Assembly (NCBI GenBank): GCA_963921275.4
Contig: OZ001293.3
Location: 4,416,001 to 4,480,000 of the forward strand
Reading direction: 5' to 3'
DNA from: an uncultured Hormoscilla sp.
GTDB taxonomy: Bacteria; Cyanobacteriota; Cyanobacteriia; Cyanobacteriales; Desertifilaceae
Length of the DNA: 64,000 bases
Below are positions 10,080 through 20,302 of the stretch, piece after piece. The stretch's first letter is position 1; each line of letters begins with the position of its first letter. The notes under the pieces are model-generated. The model ran no database searches and was not told the origin of the DNA. It saw only the letters and a program-made list of their open reading frames with translations. A program made the position numbers and the translations under genes.

Positions 10080-10335
10080 TACCAGTTCTAGTCTAGTGGC
10101 CAAACAGAAACTAGGAGTGAGACCAACGGCACCGATCGCATTAGATTTCACGGCGATGTCTCCTGTGTGCCGTATGTCCCCTGGGACAAGAGATCTGGCA
10201 GAGATATCGAAACCCCCACCCTGTCATCGATCGGGAAAGCAGCTTCCCACGGTTGCGTCCGGATGCGGAATGAGGATGTCGTGGCTTTATTCGAGCAAGT
10301 GCAAGTGGGGACACCGGTAGTCATAGAACCGTAGG
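10080..10335 (+). pseudogene. L,D-transpeptidase (YkuD) C-terminal remnant with in-frame 57-bp insert
   Basis: Reads IRFHG-[insert][40 protein letters not shown]. Confidence 0.75.
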
Positions 10336-10678
10336 ACGGGCAGATCGTCTGTCCGAATCCCAGGATGGGCCGATCGGGAGTCAGAGCGCTGGTGGCTGAA
10401 AAGCCCACAGGATAAGGATTTTAGCCTCAGACGCCAAACAGGAGCATAAGGTAAAGCTATAGTGGTCAGTTCTCAGTGGTGGTCTTTGGTTGAGGCGATC
10501 GGTGTTGGTAAATTACCGCGTTCGCGTTGCGAATCAGGACAAACCCAAGGTTCAATTGCAGAAGTGACCACTTCGCGATCTAATCAACCGGGCTGCTATT
10601 TACATTGAATATATACAGAGGACAGCACAAAGGGCTCGTCCTAAACAGTCAAACTATAATAAAGAGAGGAAGCCCATT

Positions 10679-11344
10679 ATGAAATTAGTCACCACAGACA
10701 TATTTTTTGCAGGACTGGCCGCTGCTATTGGCGTGAGTATTACCCAAACCACCGATGTCAATCTGGCTGCTATTTACATTGAATATATACAGAGGACAGC
10801 ACAAAGGGCTCGTCCCAAACAGTCAAACTATAACAAAGAGAGGGAGGAAATTATGAGATTAATCACCACAAGCATATTTTTTGCAGGACTGGCCGCTGCT
10901 ATTGGCGTGAGTATTACCCAAACCACCGAAGGCGGCTGGAACATCAAAACTCCACCCATTCCGGCTATGAATATTACCATTAACACGGGGGAACAACCTA
11001 CTACTCCAGTCCAGGAGGTAATACCCATCTCCGAAAAATTATCCGAAAAAGTCTCAGAAGAACCTGAGTTTTATCAATCCTTGCCCAATCGGGATGTAGT
11101 ATTTGCCCCAGGAACCGACCATCTGGATGTTTCTGGTGAAGGCGCAACCCAGCTCAACTACAATATAATCGCCTTAGAAGGCCAGCAGATTGTAATTACC
11201 AGCTTGTCCGGTCAGGTAAAAACGGAGGTATTTACACCCAGCGGCGGTTTGTTGAGTGAAAATGAACCTTTACCGATAACCGGGAAATATACAATCAACG
11301 TTAGGGCTGCCAGTCCTTACACCCTCAGAATAAAAGTCAATTGA
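10679..11344 (+). CDS. Secreted hypothetical protein with C-terminal PPC-like beta domain; N-terminus duplicated in frame
   Basis: The signal-like segment occurs twice (174-bp offset, second ATG at 10853). C-terminus LPITGKYTINV...YTLRIKV. Confidence 0.55.
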   Translation: MKLVTTDIFFAGLAAAIGVSITQTTDVNLAAIYIEYIQRTAQRARPKQSNYNKEREEIMRLITTSIFFAGLAAAIGVSITQTTEGGWNIKTPPIPAMNITINTGEQPTTPVQEVIPISEKLSEKVSEEPEFYQSLPNRDVVFAPGTDHLDVSGEGATQLNYNIIALEGQQIVITSLSGQVKTEVFTPSGGLLSENEPLPITGKYTINVRAASPYTLRIKVN

Positions 11345-11813
11345 CGATCGACCGTCTCAATTGTCAGTACATCCCGACATAAGTAAATGAATTAAGAAAC
11401 CCGGTTTTTCCAAAAAACAGGGTTTCTGCGCTACTGATGACCGGGCCCTGTCTCCGGGGACAGGGTTTGGGTTTAAGCTGACTCATATCAAATCTACTGG
11501 ACAGTGCGAAGTTCTATAGGGAACTGCTTGAAAGGAAGCGGGTTTGGGCCCGATCGACCGACCATGAGCAATTCGCGAGCTCATAAAGGCTGTAAGCCTT
11601 TCGTCCCAAGGGGTTCAGCTTTTAGGATCGGTCCGATTTTCAGAGAACTTCGCACTCTCCAGTCAAATCGAGTTGAATGCCCATAATAAAAAATGAGCGC
11701 AACTGTAGGTTGGGTTGAAGCACGAAACCCAACCGCACCAAGGCATGTTGGGTTTCTTCCCGCTAAGCCCAACCTACAGTATTAAGATTATCCAGATGTG
11801 ATATCAGATACAT

Positions 11814-13505
11814 TTAACCCGAAAAAATCTTGTAATTGCCGGAAATTTCTGAGTATGGCACAATCTGGAATGAAGCTATCAGGCCAGATGCGGAGGTATC
11901 TCTCAAAGCCTTCAACAAAATGTTGAAAGCGCCATTAATATCACGACTAATAGTGTGACCACATGAGGGACAAATAAATCGTTTGTTGCCTCCTAACTTT
12001 ATGTGAATGTGCCCACATTTTGAGCAAGTTTTGCTGGTGTACTCTTCCGTCACGTCTACTACAACACAGCCGTATTTAGCTGCTTGATGCTTGAACGTTT
12101 GCTTAAAACGGTAATGAGACCATGTAACCATTTTACGTGCTGTCTTAGTTGACAACCGTCGCTTGCCTCGTTTGACCATATTTTTAACCTCAAATGTAGG
12201 CAAAAATATGACTTTGTACTTGGTGCATAGATAGTTGGCTGCTTTCTTATGCAGTTCATCAACCAAGTTACGAATCTTAACCCGAATCTTTTGTGCCGCC
12301 TTTCGCAGGCAGTGCCGTAGCCGCTTAAATTGGCGTCCTTTAGATAAGCCGATTCGAGACATTAGCCGATCGAGATGACTGGCTAACCGATAGATACGAC
12401 CCATATCAGACTTGCCAACCTCCCAAATTTCTTGACCGTCAAACCCAGTTAGAAATGTCCTGACACCTGGATCAAGGGCGATGGCTAGCTCACTGTTTAA
12501 TGGTTCCAGTTTAGGCACGTCTATGGCATAACAGATAAACCAACGTCCTCTGTCTAGTACCAATGTAGGCTCATGGTGCATTTTGTCTATAATTGGCTCA
12601 CTTGCTTTGAACCTTAATCCTTTGGTCTGTGTTGGATAAAAATTTCCTTTTTTCCAGTTATTTTTCTGAAACCGGATAGACTTAACAGATTCACGTACTG
12701 AGCGAAATTTAGCATCTCCTCCTGATTTTCTTGCTGCTTTGTGTGCCTCATAAGCCTGAAATACCGCCAATTGGCGTGGGCTATATGGGGTTTGACTTAC
12801 CCAAGATGGAGCCATATCTATGACCGTTTTGCGTAGGTCATATTTACCAATCTTCTGATTTTTGAGTATAGCAATGGCTTGATTGAAGCACCATCTGGCT
12901 GCTGATATCCATTGAAACCAGGTTTTAGCTAATGCCGTTTCTGGGTAAACTCGAATCTTCTTTGATAGCAGATTTGTACTTCCTGAGTCCATAGAGTCTG
13001 CAACTGAAGACATGGACGATGACAAGGATATCCTCAACCATTTCTCGTTCTGGAGATAGGTCACTTCGGTTGAGAACCACGAGTTGGCAATCTTTTTGTT
13101 GACAGAGCCACTCGATAAGGTCAAGTCCAAACCTGACAAGTCTGTCTTTGTGGCAGACCACAACTTCTTTGACATCTCCTGACATGACTTGTCCCAGAAT
13201 GGATAAAAACCCTTTGCGTTTGTAGTTGAGTCCTGATCCGATTTCCTTGACAAGTTTTCCGTCTGTGAACAAGGATTGCAAATAGTCGGCTTGCCGTTCA
13301 AGGTCTGACTTTTGCTTATATGAACTGACTCTGGCGTAGAGGATTCTGATTCTTGGGGAGCCGTCTGGATTAATGACGGAGTCGATGTCGTATCGTCGAT
13401 GACCAGCGGGAGTTCTAATTGTCTGTATTTTTCCGTCTCTATCCCAGTTTCGGAGTGTTTTTTCCGAGACCTGAAGGACTTGTGACGCTTCTCTCGGTGT
13501 GGCAT
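11814..13505 (-). CDS. tnpB: IS607 TnpB of pro-Fanzor type (true start uncertain)
   Basis: RuvC-I ALDPGVRTFLT; IFLPTF where the canonical Glu would be; VTEEYTSKTCSKCG; CPSCG...RDINGAFNI. Confidence 0.9.
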   Translation of the reverse strand: MPHREKRHKSFRSRKKHSETGIETEKYRQLELPLVIDDTTSTPSLIQTAPQESESSTPESVHISKSQTLNGKPTICNPCSQTENLSRKSDQDSTTNAKGFYPFWDKSCQEMSKKLWSATKTDLSGLDLTLSSGSVNKKIANSWFSTEVTYLQNEKWLRISLSSSMSSVADSMDSGSTNLLSKKIRVYPETALAKTWFQWISAARWCFNQAIAILKNQKIGKYDLRKTVIDMAPSWVSQTPYSPRQLAVFQAYEAHKAARKSGGDAKFRSVRESVKSIRFQKNNWKKGNFYPTQTKGLRFKASEPIIDKMHHEPTLVLDRGRWFICYAIDVPKLEPLNSELAIALDPGVRTFLTGFDGQEIWEVGKSDMGRIYRLASHLDRLMSRIGLSKGRQFKRLRHCLRKAAQKIRVKIRNLVDELHKKAANYLCTKYKVIFLPTFEVKNMVKRGKRRLSTKTARKMVTWSHYRFKQTFKHQAAKYGCVVVDVTEEYTSKTCSKCGHIHIKLGGNKRFICPSCGHTISRDINGAFNILLKALRDTSASGLIASFQIVPYSEISGNYKIFSG

Positions 13506-13512
13506 ATCTCAT
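12925..13512 (-). CDS. tnpA: IS607 serine-recombinase transposase
   Basis: MerR-like HTH (RTPAGHRRY), LYARVSS, EIGSGLNYKRKG, HKDRLVRFG. Confidence 0.93.
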   Translation of the reverse strand: MRYATPREASQVLQVSEKTLRNWDRDGKIQTIRTPAGHRRYDIDSVINPDGSPRIRILYARVSSYKQKSDLERQADYLQSLFTDGKLVKEIGSGLNYKRKGFLSILGQVMSGDVKEVVVCHKDRLVRFGLDLIEWLCQQKDCQLVVLNRSDLSPEREMVEDILVIVHVFSCRLYGLRKYKSAIKEDSSLPRNGIS

Positions 13513-13597
13513 GATGTTTTTGTTTGCACTATCAATATTATACCACACGCGAGAATATATTTCCGGAAAAATATATAAAATTCCTGGAAATCATACT

Positions 13598-14536
13598 TTA
13601 GTTATCAACACTCATTTCTTCGCACTGTTCCAGTCTGTGGGAGATCGCCACCAGACTATCTGCGGCGGTAGATGTACCCACACCATAACAAGCGCGTCGC
13701 CGCCAGGCGATCACGGGGAGATGTCCTTCCGGAGCATTAGCAGAGAAACTCAGTTCATCATAATTGAGCCAGTTTTCCTGCTGGCGCCAGCCCACCCGAT
13801 CGCAAAAATCCATATAATTGTTCTCCAGGCTGGATAATATTTGCCTCTGCACATTGAAGCCGAAGCGTCCACCGCTATACTCGGTCCAGAGTTGGTCGAT
13901 CGTCTGTAAGTCGGCACAAGGAAAATTTTCGATATCTTCCAAGCGCAGCCAGCCTTCAGCTTCTCGATCGACTACAATGAGCATTACTAGCCAGGTATAT
14001 TCATTAGCTTCTTGCCATCTTCCTGCGGCCAAGAACTGGTCTAGCTGACTATAGTCCATCCCTACCTCAGACTGCCAGCTAGTTTCTGTAGACCCAGGAC
14101 TGAAGAATTCCAGTTTTGTTAAGATCTCTTTGAGCATGGACATAAGTTCTACTCTTTGAGAACTTGCGAGTTCCAGTTCCTGTTTCAGTTCCTGGCGTTC
14201 GATCTCCCCCTGCTGCAAAGCGGCTTCCAACTTATTCAACCGGTTTTCCAGCCTCAAGACCGCCGACTGCAGAAACTCCTGCTGTGCTAAAGTCATACTA
14301 GACAATAGTATGTTGGGTGGTTCCGACTCCTGCAAGGGCTCCGCTGGTTGGTTGTCACGGTTTTTCGCACCAGACTTCTTGGTATCAGTATTCTTTACCG
14401 CCGAACTTTCCGCGTCAACGTTGATAATAATGGTGCCACTGGGCAACTGGTAACCGTTGAGGGCTCCTGACTTCCACCAGCGCCAAGCTGTTCTGTATGA
14501 GACGCCCACTTCACGGGCATAATCTGCTAGTTTCAC
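13598..14536 (-). CDS. IS607-like HTH + coiled coil + GUN4 domain protein
   Basis: N-terminus MKLADYAREVGVSYRTAWRWWKSG. GUN4 motifs DYSQLDQFLAAGRWQEAN, FPCADLQTIDQLW...SGGRFGF..Q, APEGHLP. Confidence 0.85.
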   Translation of the reverse strand: MKLADYAREVGVSYRTAWRWWKSGALNGYQLPSGTIIINVDAESSAVKNTDTKKSGAKNRDNQPAEPLQESEPPNILLSSMTLAQQEFLQSAVLRLENRLNKLEAALQQGEIERQELKQELELASSQRVELMSMLKEILTKLEFFSPGSTETSWQSEVGMDYSQLDQFLAAGRWQEANEYTWLVMLIVVDREAEGWLRLEDIENFPCADLQTIDQLWTEYSGGRFGFNVQRQILSSLENNYMDFCDRVGWRQQENWLNYDELSFSANAPEGHLPVIAWRRRACYGVGTSTAADSLVAISHRLEQCEEMSVDN

Positions 14537-14653
14537 TCTTCCGTTTTATTTTAACGACTGGCTACATATTAGTCCGTTTGACTATATATGAAAGTAAAGT
14601 TTTGCAAAGATTGTCTAGCGGTCAGTTGTTAGCAGTCAGTTGTTAGCGGTCAG

Positions 14654-16909
14654 TTGTCAGTACCATACCTAGGGGTCATGGCTAATTCCAGTTTACAACT
14701 CCCAGAGATAGTCGATCGGCAAAGGGCAGAGGATATTATCATTCACCTGGCCTATTTGCAATACCAGCAACAAGGGGCGATCGCCTCTCGGGAAGACTTA
14801 GCCCCGGACATACAAGCAGCTGCTTGTCAGCTAGTCTCGCGCCTCAAACAACTGGATGCCATTGCCTCCTGCTGCCAACAGAGTCCCATTGGCAAACTGC
14901 TACCAGGTGCTCTGTACGTCCATGTTACAGCAATAGAAGCCCTCGACCCCCTGCTGCGGCTCTACGAAAGATGCGCCCGGGACATTGCTGGGGATGTTTC
15001 GGAGGCCACGATCGTTAAATTCCACCTGGACAAACAGAAAATCTCCTATCTATTCTACCCGGACTTCGACAGGGACGCCCATCCTCTACTCGAAGCTAGT
15101 ATCCAGGTTGACTTTTGTCAAGCCCAAAACAACTACCGAGATTATAGCACTAGTAATAATCCTCCCATTCTCCACCGCAAAGATGCTTTTGTCACCCCAG
15201 ACTATCCCTATTATGAAGAATTTGCCCAGCTTACCCGAGAGGAAGAAGAGTTAGGACTCCTGGACAAGGGTCGGGGTTTTTCCATCGGGACGCTGCAAAG
15301 TTGGCTAGACTGCTTAGAAGCCCATGGCGTGAAAATCGAAAATCACCATGTTATCCAAGGACCAGATTTTGTCAGGGCATCAGTAGCGCCAAAAATCGAA
15401 CGCCACAAAGCTGCCATGGTCCGCAAGGATCTTTCTCGTCCTGTCCGTTTAGCTTTAGAAGCGGAACTCTTCACCCCAGATACGACTTTCTTTGACTACG
15501 GTTGTGGATATGAGGGGGATATCCAACGCATAGTCTTTCTCGGCTATGCCAGTTCCGGTTGGGACCCCTATTACTGCCCCGATCGCCCTTTAGTGAGTGC
15601 GGATATTGTCAACTTAGGTTATGTGATCAATGTAATCGAATGTCAGGAGGAACGTCGGGAAGCATTAATTAAAGCCTGGGAACTCACCCAGAAAGTTTTA
15701 CTGGTATCGGCGCAAGTTTTGATTAATGACCGGAAGGCCGGACAAGTCGCCTATGGTGATGGCATCATTACCAAGCGCAATACCTTTCAGAAATATTTTG
15801 AACAAGAAGAACTGAAAACTTATATTGACCAGATCCTGGGTGTAGATGCAGTTCCCGTGGCCCTGGGAATTTATTTTGTCTTCTCCGACGCAGCACAAGC
15901 TGAGAGTTTCCGCGCCTCTCGCTTTTATTCCCGGGCCAGAACCCCCAGAGTTCGCTTACTCGATAAGAAGTTTGCAGATTATCAAACCATGCTGACTCCT
16001 TTGATGGAGTTCTTTACTAAGCGGGGACGCCTTCCTGTCAGAGGAGAACTTGCTTCTGAGTCGGAAATATTAGCAGAGTTTAGAACTTTGCGTCGCGCTT
16101 TTAAGGTGATTTTACAGGTTACTGACCCAGAAGATTGGGATGCGATCGCTTCCAAGCGGAGTCAGGACTTGCTAGTCTACATCGCCCTCACACATTTTAG
16201 CGGTCGTCCTCAGGCGCGAAACCTCGCCCCCCTAGTAAAAAACGACATCAAAGCATTACTGGGCAGCTACAAATCTGCTTGCCTGCTTGCGGATAAAATG
16301 CTCTTCAGCATTGGCGACCTCAATTGTATCGCTAAATGTTGCGAACATTCCCCTGTGGGCAAGCAGGGCCCCCATGCTTTCTCCGTGCATGTCAATTATC
16401 TGCACCAACTCGACCCCCGACTGCGACTCTACGAAGGCTGTGCCAACCGCACCATTGGGCGCTTAGATGGAGCGACTGTCATCAAGTTCCATACTAACAT
16501 ACCGAAAATCTCTTATCTATTCTATCCCGACTTCGATACCGACCCCCATCCCATTTTACAGACCTGCATGCAGATTGACTTGCGGGATTTAAGCGTCAAT
16601 TATCAAGACTACAAGCATGTCCATAACCCTCCCATTCTACATCAAAAAGACCAGTTAGTAGGACCAGATTACCCGAATTATGAAAAATTCGCCCGACTCA
16701 GCCAACTGGAAGCAGACTGGGGACTTTTAGATGATTTATCTGCGATCGGCACCCGTCAGGGATGGCTGCAATGTCTGGAAGCACATTGTGCTACGATCGA
16801 TAATTATCGTCTCTATTGGCGCAAAGATGCCGATTATTATCGCCTCAGAGTTCTCAAGGCTGCTGTCAATAACCGCCGAGGAAAAAGAAGAAAGGCACGG
16901 ATGATATAA
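14654..16909 (+). CDS. DNA phosphorothioation-associated putative methyltransferase
   Basis: ERHKAAMVRKDLSRPV, FFDYGCG, GWDPYY, VNLGYVINVIEC, TFQKYFEQ, plus duplicated KISYLFYPDFD..PHP / NPPILH domains. Likely start at ATG 14678. Confidence 0.85.
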   Translation: MSVPYLGVMANSSLQLPEIVDRQRAEDIIIHLAYLQYQQQGAIASREDLAPDIQAAACQLVSRLKQLDAIASCCQQSPIGKLLPGALYVHVTAIEALDPLLRLYERCARDIAGDVSEATIVKFHLDKQKISYLFYPDFDRDAHPLLEASIQVDFCQAQNNYRDYSTSNNPPILHRKDAFVTPDYPYYEEFAQLTREEEELGLLDKGRGFSIGTLQSWLDCLEAHGVKIENHHVIQGPDFVRASVAPKIERHKAAMVRKDLSRPVRLALEAELFTPDTTFFDYGCGYEGDIQRIVFLGYASSGWDPYYCPDRPLVSADIVNLGYVINVIECQEERREALIKAWELTQKVLLVSAQVLINDRKAGQVAYGDGIITKRNTFQKYFEQEELKTYIDQILGVDAVPVALGIYFVFSDAAQAESFRASRFYSRARTPRVRLLDKKFADYQTMLTPLMEFFTKRGRLPVRGELASESEILAEFRTLRRAFKVILQVTDPEDWDAIASKRSQDLLVYIALTHFSGRPQARNLAPLVKNDIKALLGSYKSACLLADKMLFSIGDLNCIAKCCEHSPVGKQGPHAFSVHVNYLHQLDPRLRLYEGCANRTIGRLDGATVIKFHTNIPKISYLFYPDFDTDPHPILQTCMQIDLRDLSVNYQDYKHVHNPPILHQKDQLVGPDYPNYEKFARLSQLEADWGLLDDLSAIGTRQGWLQCLEAHCATIDNYRLYWRKDADYYRLRVLKAAVNNRRGKRRKARMI

Positions 16910-16947
16910 TCCGATGATCTAATCCGATCTTGAACCTATTTTCATTA

Positions 16948-17812
16948 GGGCGTGTCATCAATTAAGCCAGATGACAGCGGCAGCGAGGTGGATGGCACCT
17001 AAGAAATTGCGAGCCGTTTTATCGTAGCGTGTCGCAATCGCCCTGTATTGCTTGAGTTTTTGGAATAGATTTTCAATATCGTTGCCGCCACTTGTACATT
17101 TCTTCGTCGTATTCTCTGTGTTCTGTGCGGTTACTTTTTGGAGGAATAACAGCCTTACAATCGGCCTCTTTCAGGCGCTCGAGCACACCTTGTGCTGCAT
17201 CATAGGCAATATCTGCAAGCAGCGCACCAATCTCACGGATTTTATTCCTAAGCACGTCAGGGCCTTGTAAATCGTGGGCTTGGCCCGGGGTAAGATGAAA
17301 TCCTGTGGGATTGCCCAAGGCATCGCAAGTGGCATGAATCTTTGTCGATAGTCCTCCTTTGCTGCGGCCTATGGCTTGGGTTTCGCACGTATCATCGGGT
17401 GTTTTTTTTTCGTACCCGCACGCTCGTTGATGGGCACGCACAATGGTGGAATCAATGGCGGCGTATTCGTTGTCGGCCTCTTCGGTCAAAACATCGAGAA
17501 CCTGCTTCCAAACCCCCTTTTCAGACCAACGGGTATGAACAACTCGAAAATCCCTCTTAAGCTCCGGTAAATCCCGCTAGGGAATTCCGGCACGATAGCG
17601 ATATAAAACGGCAGAACACGAATAATCGATTGTCTTTAACCTCCGCACCTGGATCCTTTTCTTTACCTGGTAAGAGGTGTTCGATCCGTTCCCACTGGTC
17701 GTCTCGCAAGCCATAGCGTCTCATATCATGCCCACCTGATTGTTATTGCAGGATAAGTCCCCCTTACCCTATCCATCTACTTCTGTCAAGCAATTTGATT
17801 GATGACACGCCC
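16948..17812 (-). mobile_element. IS5-family (IS427-like) element, degraded
   Basis: TIRs GGGCGTGTCATCA / TGATGACACGCCC with TA flanks. Transposase fragments IDSTIVRAH, GRSKGGLSTKIH, with frameshifts. Confidence 0.9.
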
Positions 17813-17870
17813 TAATTTTTCCTCGTGCTGCACTATGGTAAAATATGAAACAGAAAAAAGAGGAAAGATC

Positions 17871-18047
17871 ATGTCACAATTAGATATTGCAGAAGCGAGG
17901 ACTAAACTGCCAGAATTACTCGAAATAGCCCTCAACGGTGAAGAAGTGGTCATAACCCAAGGCGATCGCTCGGTGGAACCTCGGGATTTTCTCATCAGAA
18001 AATATGGCTTCAATCGGCCAACGCATTCCATAATCGAGAGTTGGTAG
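17871..18047 (+). pseudogene. Phd/YefM-like antitoxin fragment
   Basis: IAEARTKLPELLEIALNGEEVVIT, diverging after a HIP1 site. Confidence 0.55.
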
Positions 18048-18249
18048 TGATAAATATGTAGTGACACAACATTATATCTCTCTATTGATCTGTATTTTTT
18101 AATGGGAAACAATATTGTTGTGAATTGATAATTAAGATTGATAATAAATCTAAGTAATTACTATAGATAGATTCTTGTCAAAATACTATACTTTTATTGG
18201 CAAAAAAAATCATAAAATCATGAAGACACCATCAGATTTATGCTGGCGA

Positions 18250-18940
18250 CCAAATTGCAGGCACTGTTAAAGTGAGCAAACAGTAAAAAACGGTAGCACT
18301 CATAATAAAAAGCAAAAATATAAGTGTAAAGAGTGTGGCAGGCAATTTGTTGAAAACCCTACCATTAAAGCGATATCTGAAAATAAAAAAACCAATATAG
18401 ATGGCCTTTTGCTTGAGAAAATTACTTTAGCTGGGATTGCTCGTCAAGTTAAAGTTTCAAAAACATGGCTTCAACAATATGTTAATAAAAAATCTGCCGA
18501 AACCCCCCGTAAAATCAAGGTTTCAGACAAGCCAAAAGGAAAATTAACAATTGAATGTGACGTTCCGGTGGTCTTTTGTGGGAAACAAAGAAAATAAACA
18601 ATGGATTTGGTTGGCGCTCGATATAAAAACAAGAGAAATCTTTGGAGTTTCTGTGGGCGATCGCAGTCGTTAATCGGCAAGTTGTGGAAATATTTACCTA
18701 CTCTCTATCGAAAATGTGCCGTTTTTTATACAGATTATTGGGAATATTATAACACAGTAATCCCGAAAAAGCGTTACTATTGCTGTAGGGAAAGAAACTG
18801 GAAAAACTAATCACATTGAAAGGTTAAATAACACTTTAAGACAAAGAATTAGTCGGTTGGTTCGGAAAAGGTTATCATTTTCCAAAAAGCTGGAAAATCA
18901 CATTGGGGCTATTTGGTACTTTGTGCATAATTACAATAAA
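18250..18940 (+). mobile_element. IS1-family transposase remnant
   Basis: YKCKECGRQFVENP, LAGIARQVKVSKTWLQ, FYTDYW, TNHIERLNNTLRQR...FSKKLENH spread across frameshifts. Confidence 0.8.
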
Positions 18941-19400
18941 TGTTTGTCGGGATAGATGGTGCATCACTACATGTTTATTACTACCCCACCCAACAACTGG
19001 ATGTCGAAGCTCGCCAACAATGGGTGGAGTGGGCGTGCTGGATATGTGCCAAATATCAACGCACATCTTCGGCCGTCGAAGGGCGCAATGGCACTTTGAG
19101 TCTCGTCTCCATCATGCTTCTCGCGGTTTGGATGGTCAAACCGAGCGCCGTGCTCACCGGAATCCACAATTTTGACCTTGATGTCTCCTGTGTGCCGTAT
19201 CCCTTGCGGGAGCGTAGCCATGTCCCCTGGGACAAGAGCAAGGAGCAGAGATATCGAAAGGCGAGGGGATGGTTCTACAGCAGCGAACCCGACTATTTGG
19301 ACAATCTTTCCCTAACTTATTTGAGTGGGTGGTAGACCATATGAGTGAACTCCCCCGGCCACGACAGTCATCTTCTATACAACCGTCCCATCCCTTACCC
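18940..19400 (+). mobile_element. DUF6399-type transposase 3' remnant
   Basis: YQRTSSAVEGRNG, IHNFDL..DGSTAA motifs. Confidence 0.65.
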
Positions 19401-19899
19401 CTACTGACTGTCCCGACTTAAGTTGGTAGCCCTTCGCCGTCAAAGCTGACGAGATGGGGACATCAGTACTGCTGGTCAGATAGGTCTTGCAGCAGCAACT
19501 CCTCAAAGAATAGCAGGCCCTGATTGAGAAGCAACAGAAAGAACTGGAGGCCCTCAACGAGGAAAACTTACAACTCCAGGACTCCCTGGACAAACTGAAA
19601 AACAGGTCGTCTCAAAACAGTTCCGTCCCAGGGCAACCCATCGAATTTTATATAACTGATAACAGAAAAAAATACACTTAGATGATTTTTTCTTAAAATT
19701 GTTGCATTATCACCCCAAAACAGTATTTTGATTGAGATTTTGCAGACTGGCCACGCTACTTTCAACAAAGGCCCAATTGGATCGTAAGATTATTGTGCAG
19801 ATTTTCATATTTTAGCTCCCGAGAAAGTAACCGGTTTATCTGTGTATTGATAAAGAACTGTTTGTATTGACAATTTTATAGAAAAATAATTTTTCAAAT

Positions 19900-20230
19900 T
19901 ATATTATCAGACTTGTGTCTGTAGTCAAGGATTAGAATTTAGATTCGTTTACCCTGGATAAGTAATTAAAAATTCATTTTATATTTATCCCCAAAGTCTC
20001 GAAATACATTTTCCACCGCTTTAACTAAACTGTTCCAACTCTCATATGTATCTATATCTAGCCACGAGTATTAAATTAGCGCCACAAAATTTCAATAATA
20101 TTTAAATCAGGAGAATAGGTGGGCAAGGAGAATATTTTTAACCCCTTTTTTCTCCATTCTTCTTGTTTATTTGGCACTGCCTTACTCCTATAATGGAAGC
20201 ATTATCCATTACTAATCCCGTTTTTTTCTA
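19900..20230 (-). mobile_element. IS630-family transposase 3' remnant
   Basis: Minus strand encodes VMDNASI and FSLPTYSPDLNIIEILW motifs. Confidence 0.6.
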
Positions 20231-20302
20231 GTGTAGATCGAAAATAACTGCCAAACTGCGCCAAAATAGATATAATGAATATTTGTCAAAAAATGGGGAA
20301 TA

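Larger units (their letters stand above)
11800..13590 (-). mobile_element. Apparently intact IS607-family element (ends approximate)
   Basis: tnpA and tnpB, with TTTCCGG(A/C)AA-like short repeats near both ends. Confidence 0.8.

Noticed and set aside
14620..14660. Short 7/14-bp tandem repeats (also ~31450, ~40630, ~50200, ~52160) as special signals
   Set aside because: These are ordinary cyanobacterial STRR-type intergenic repeats.
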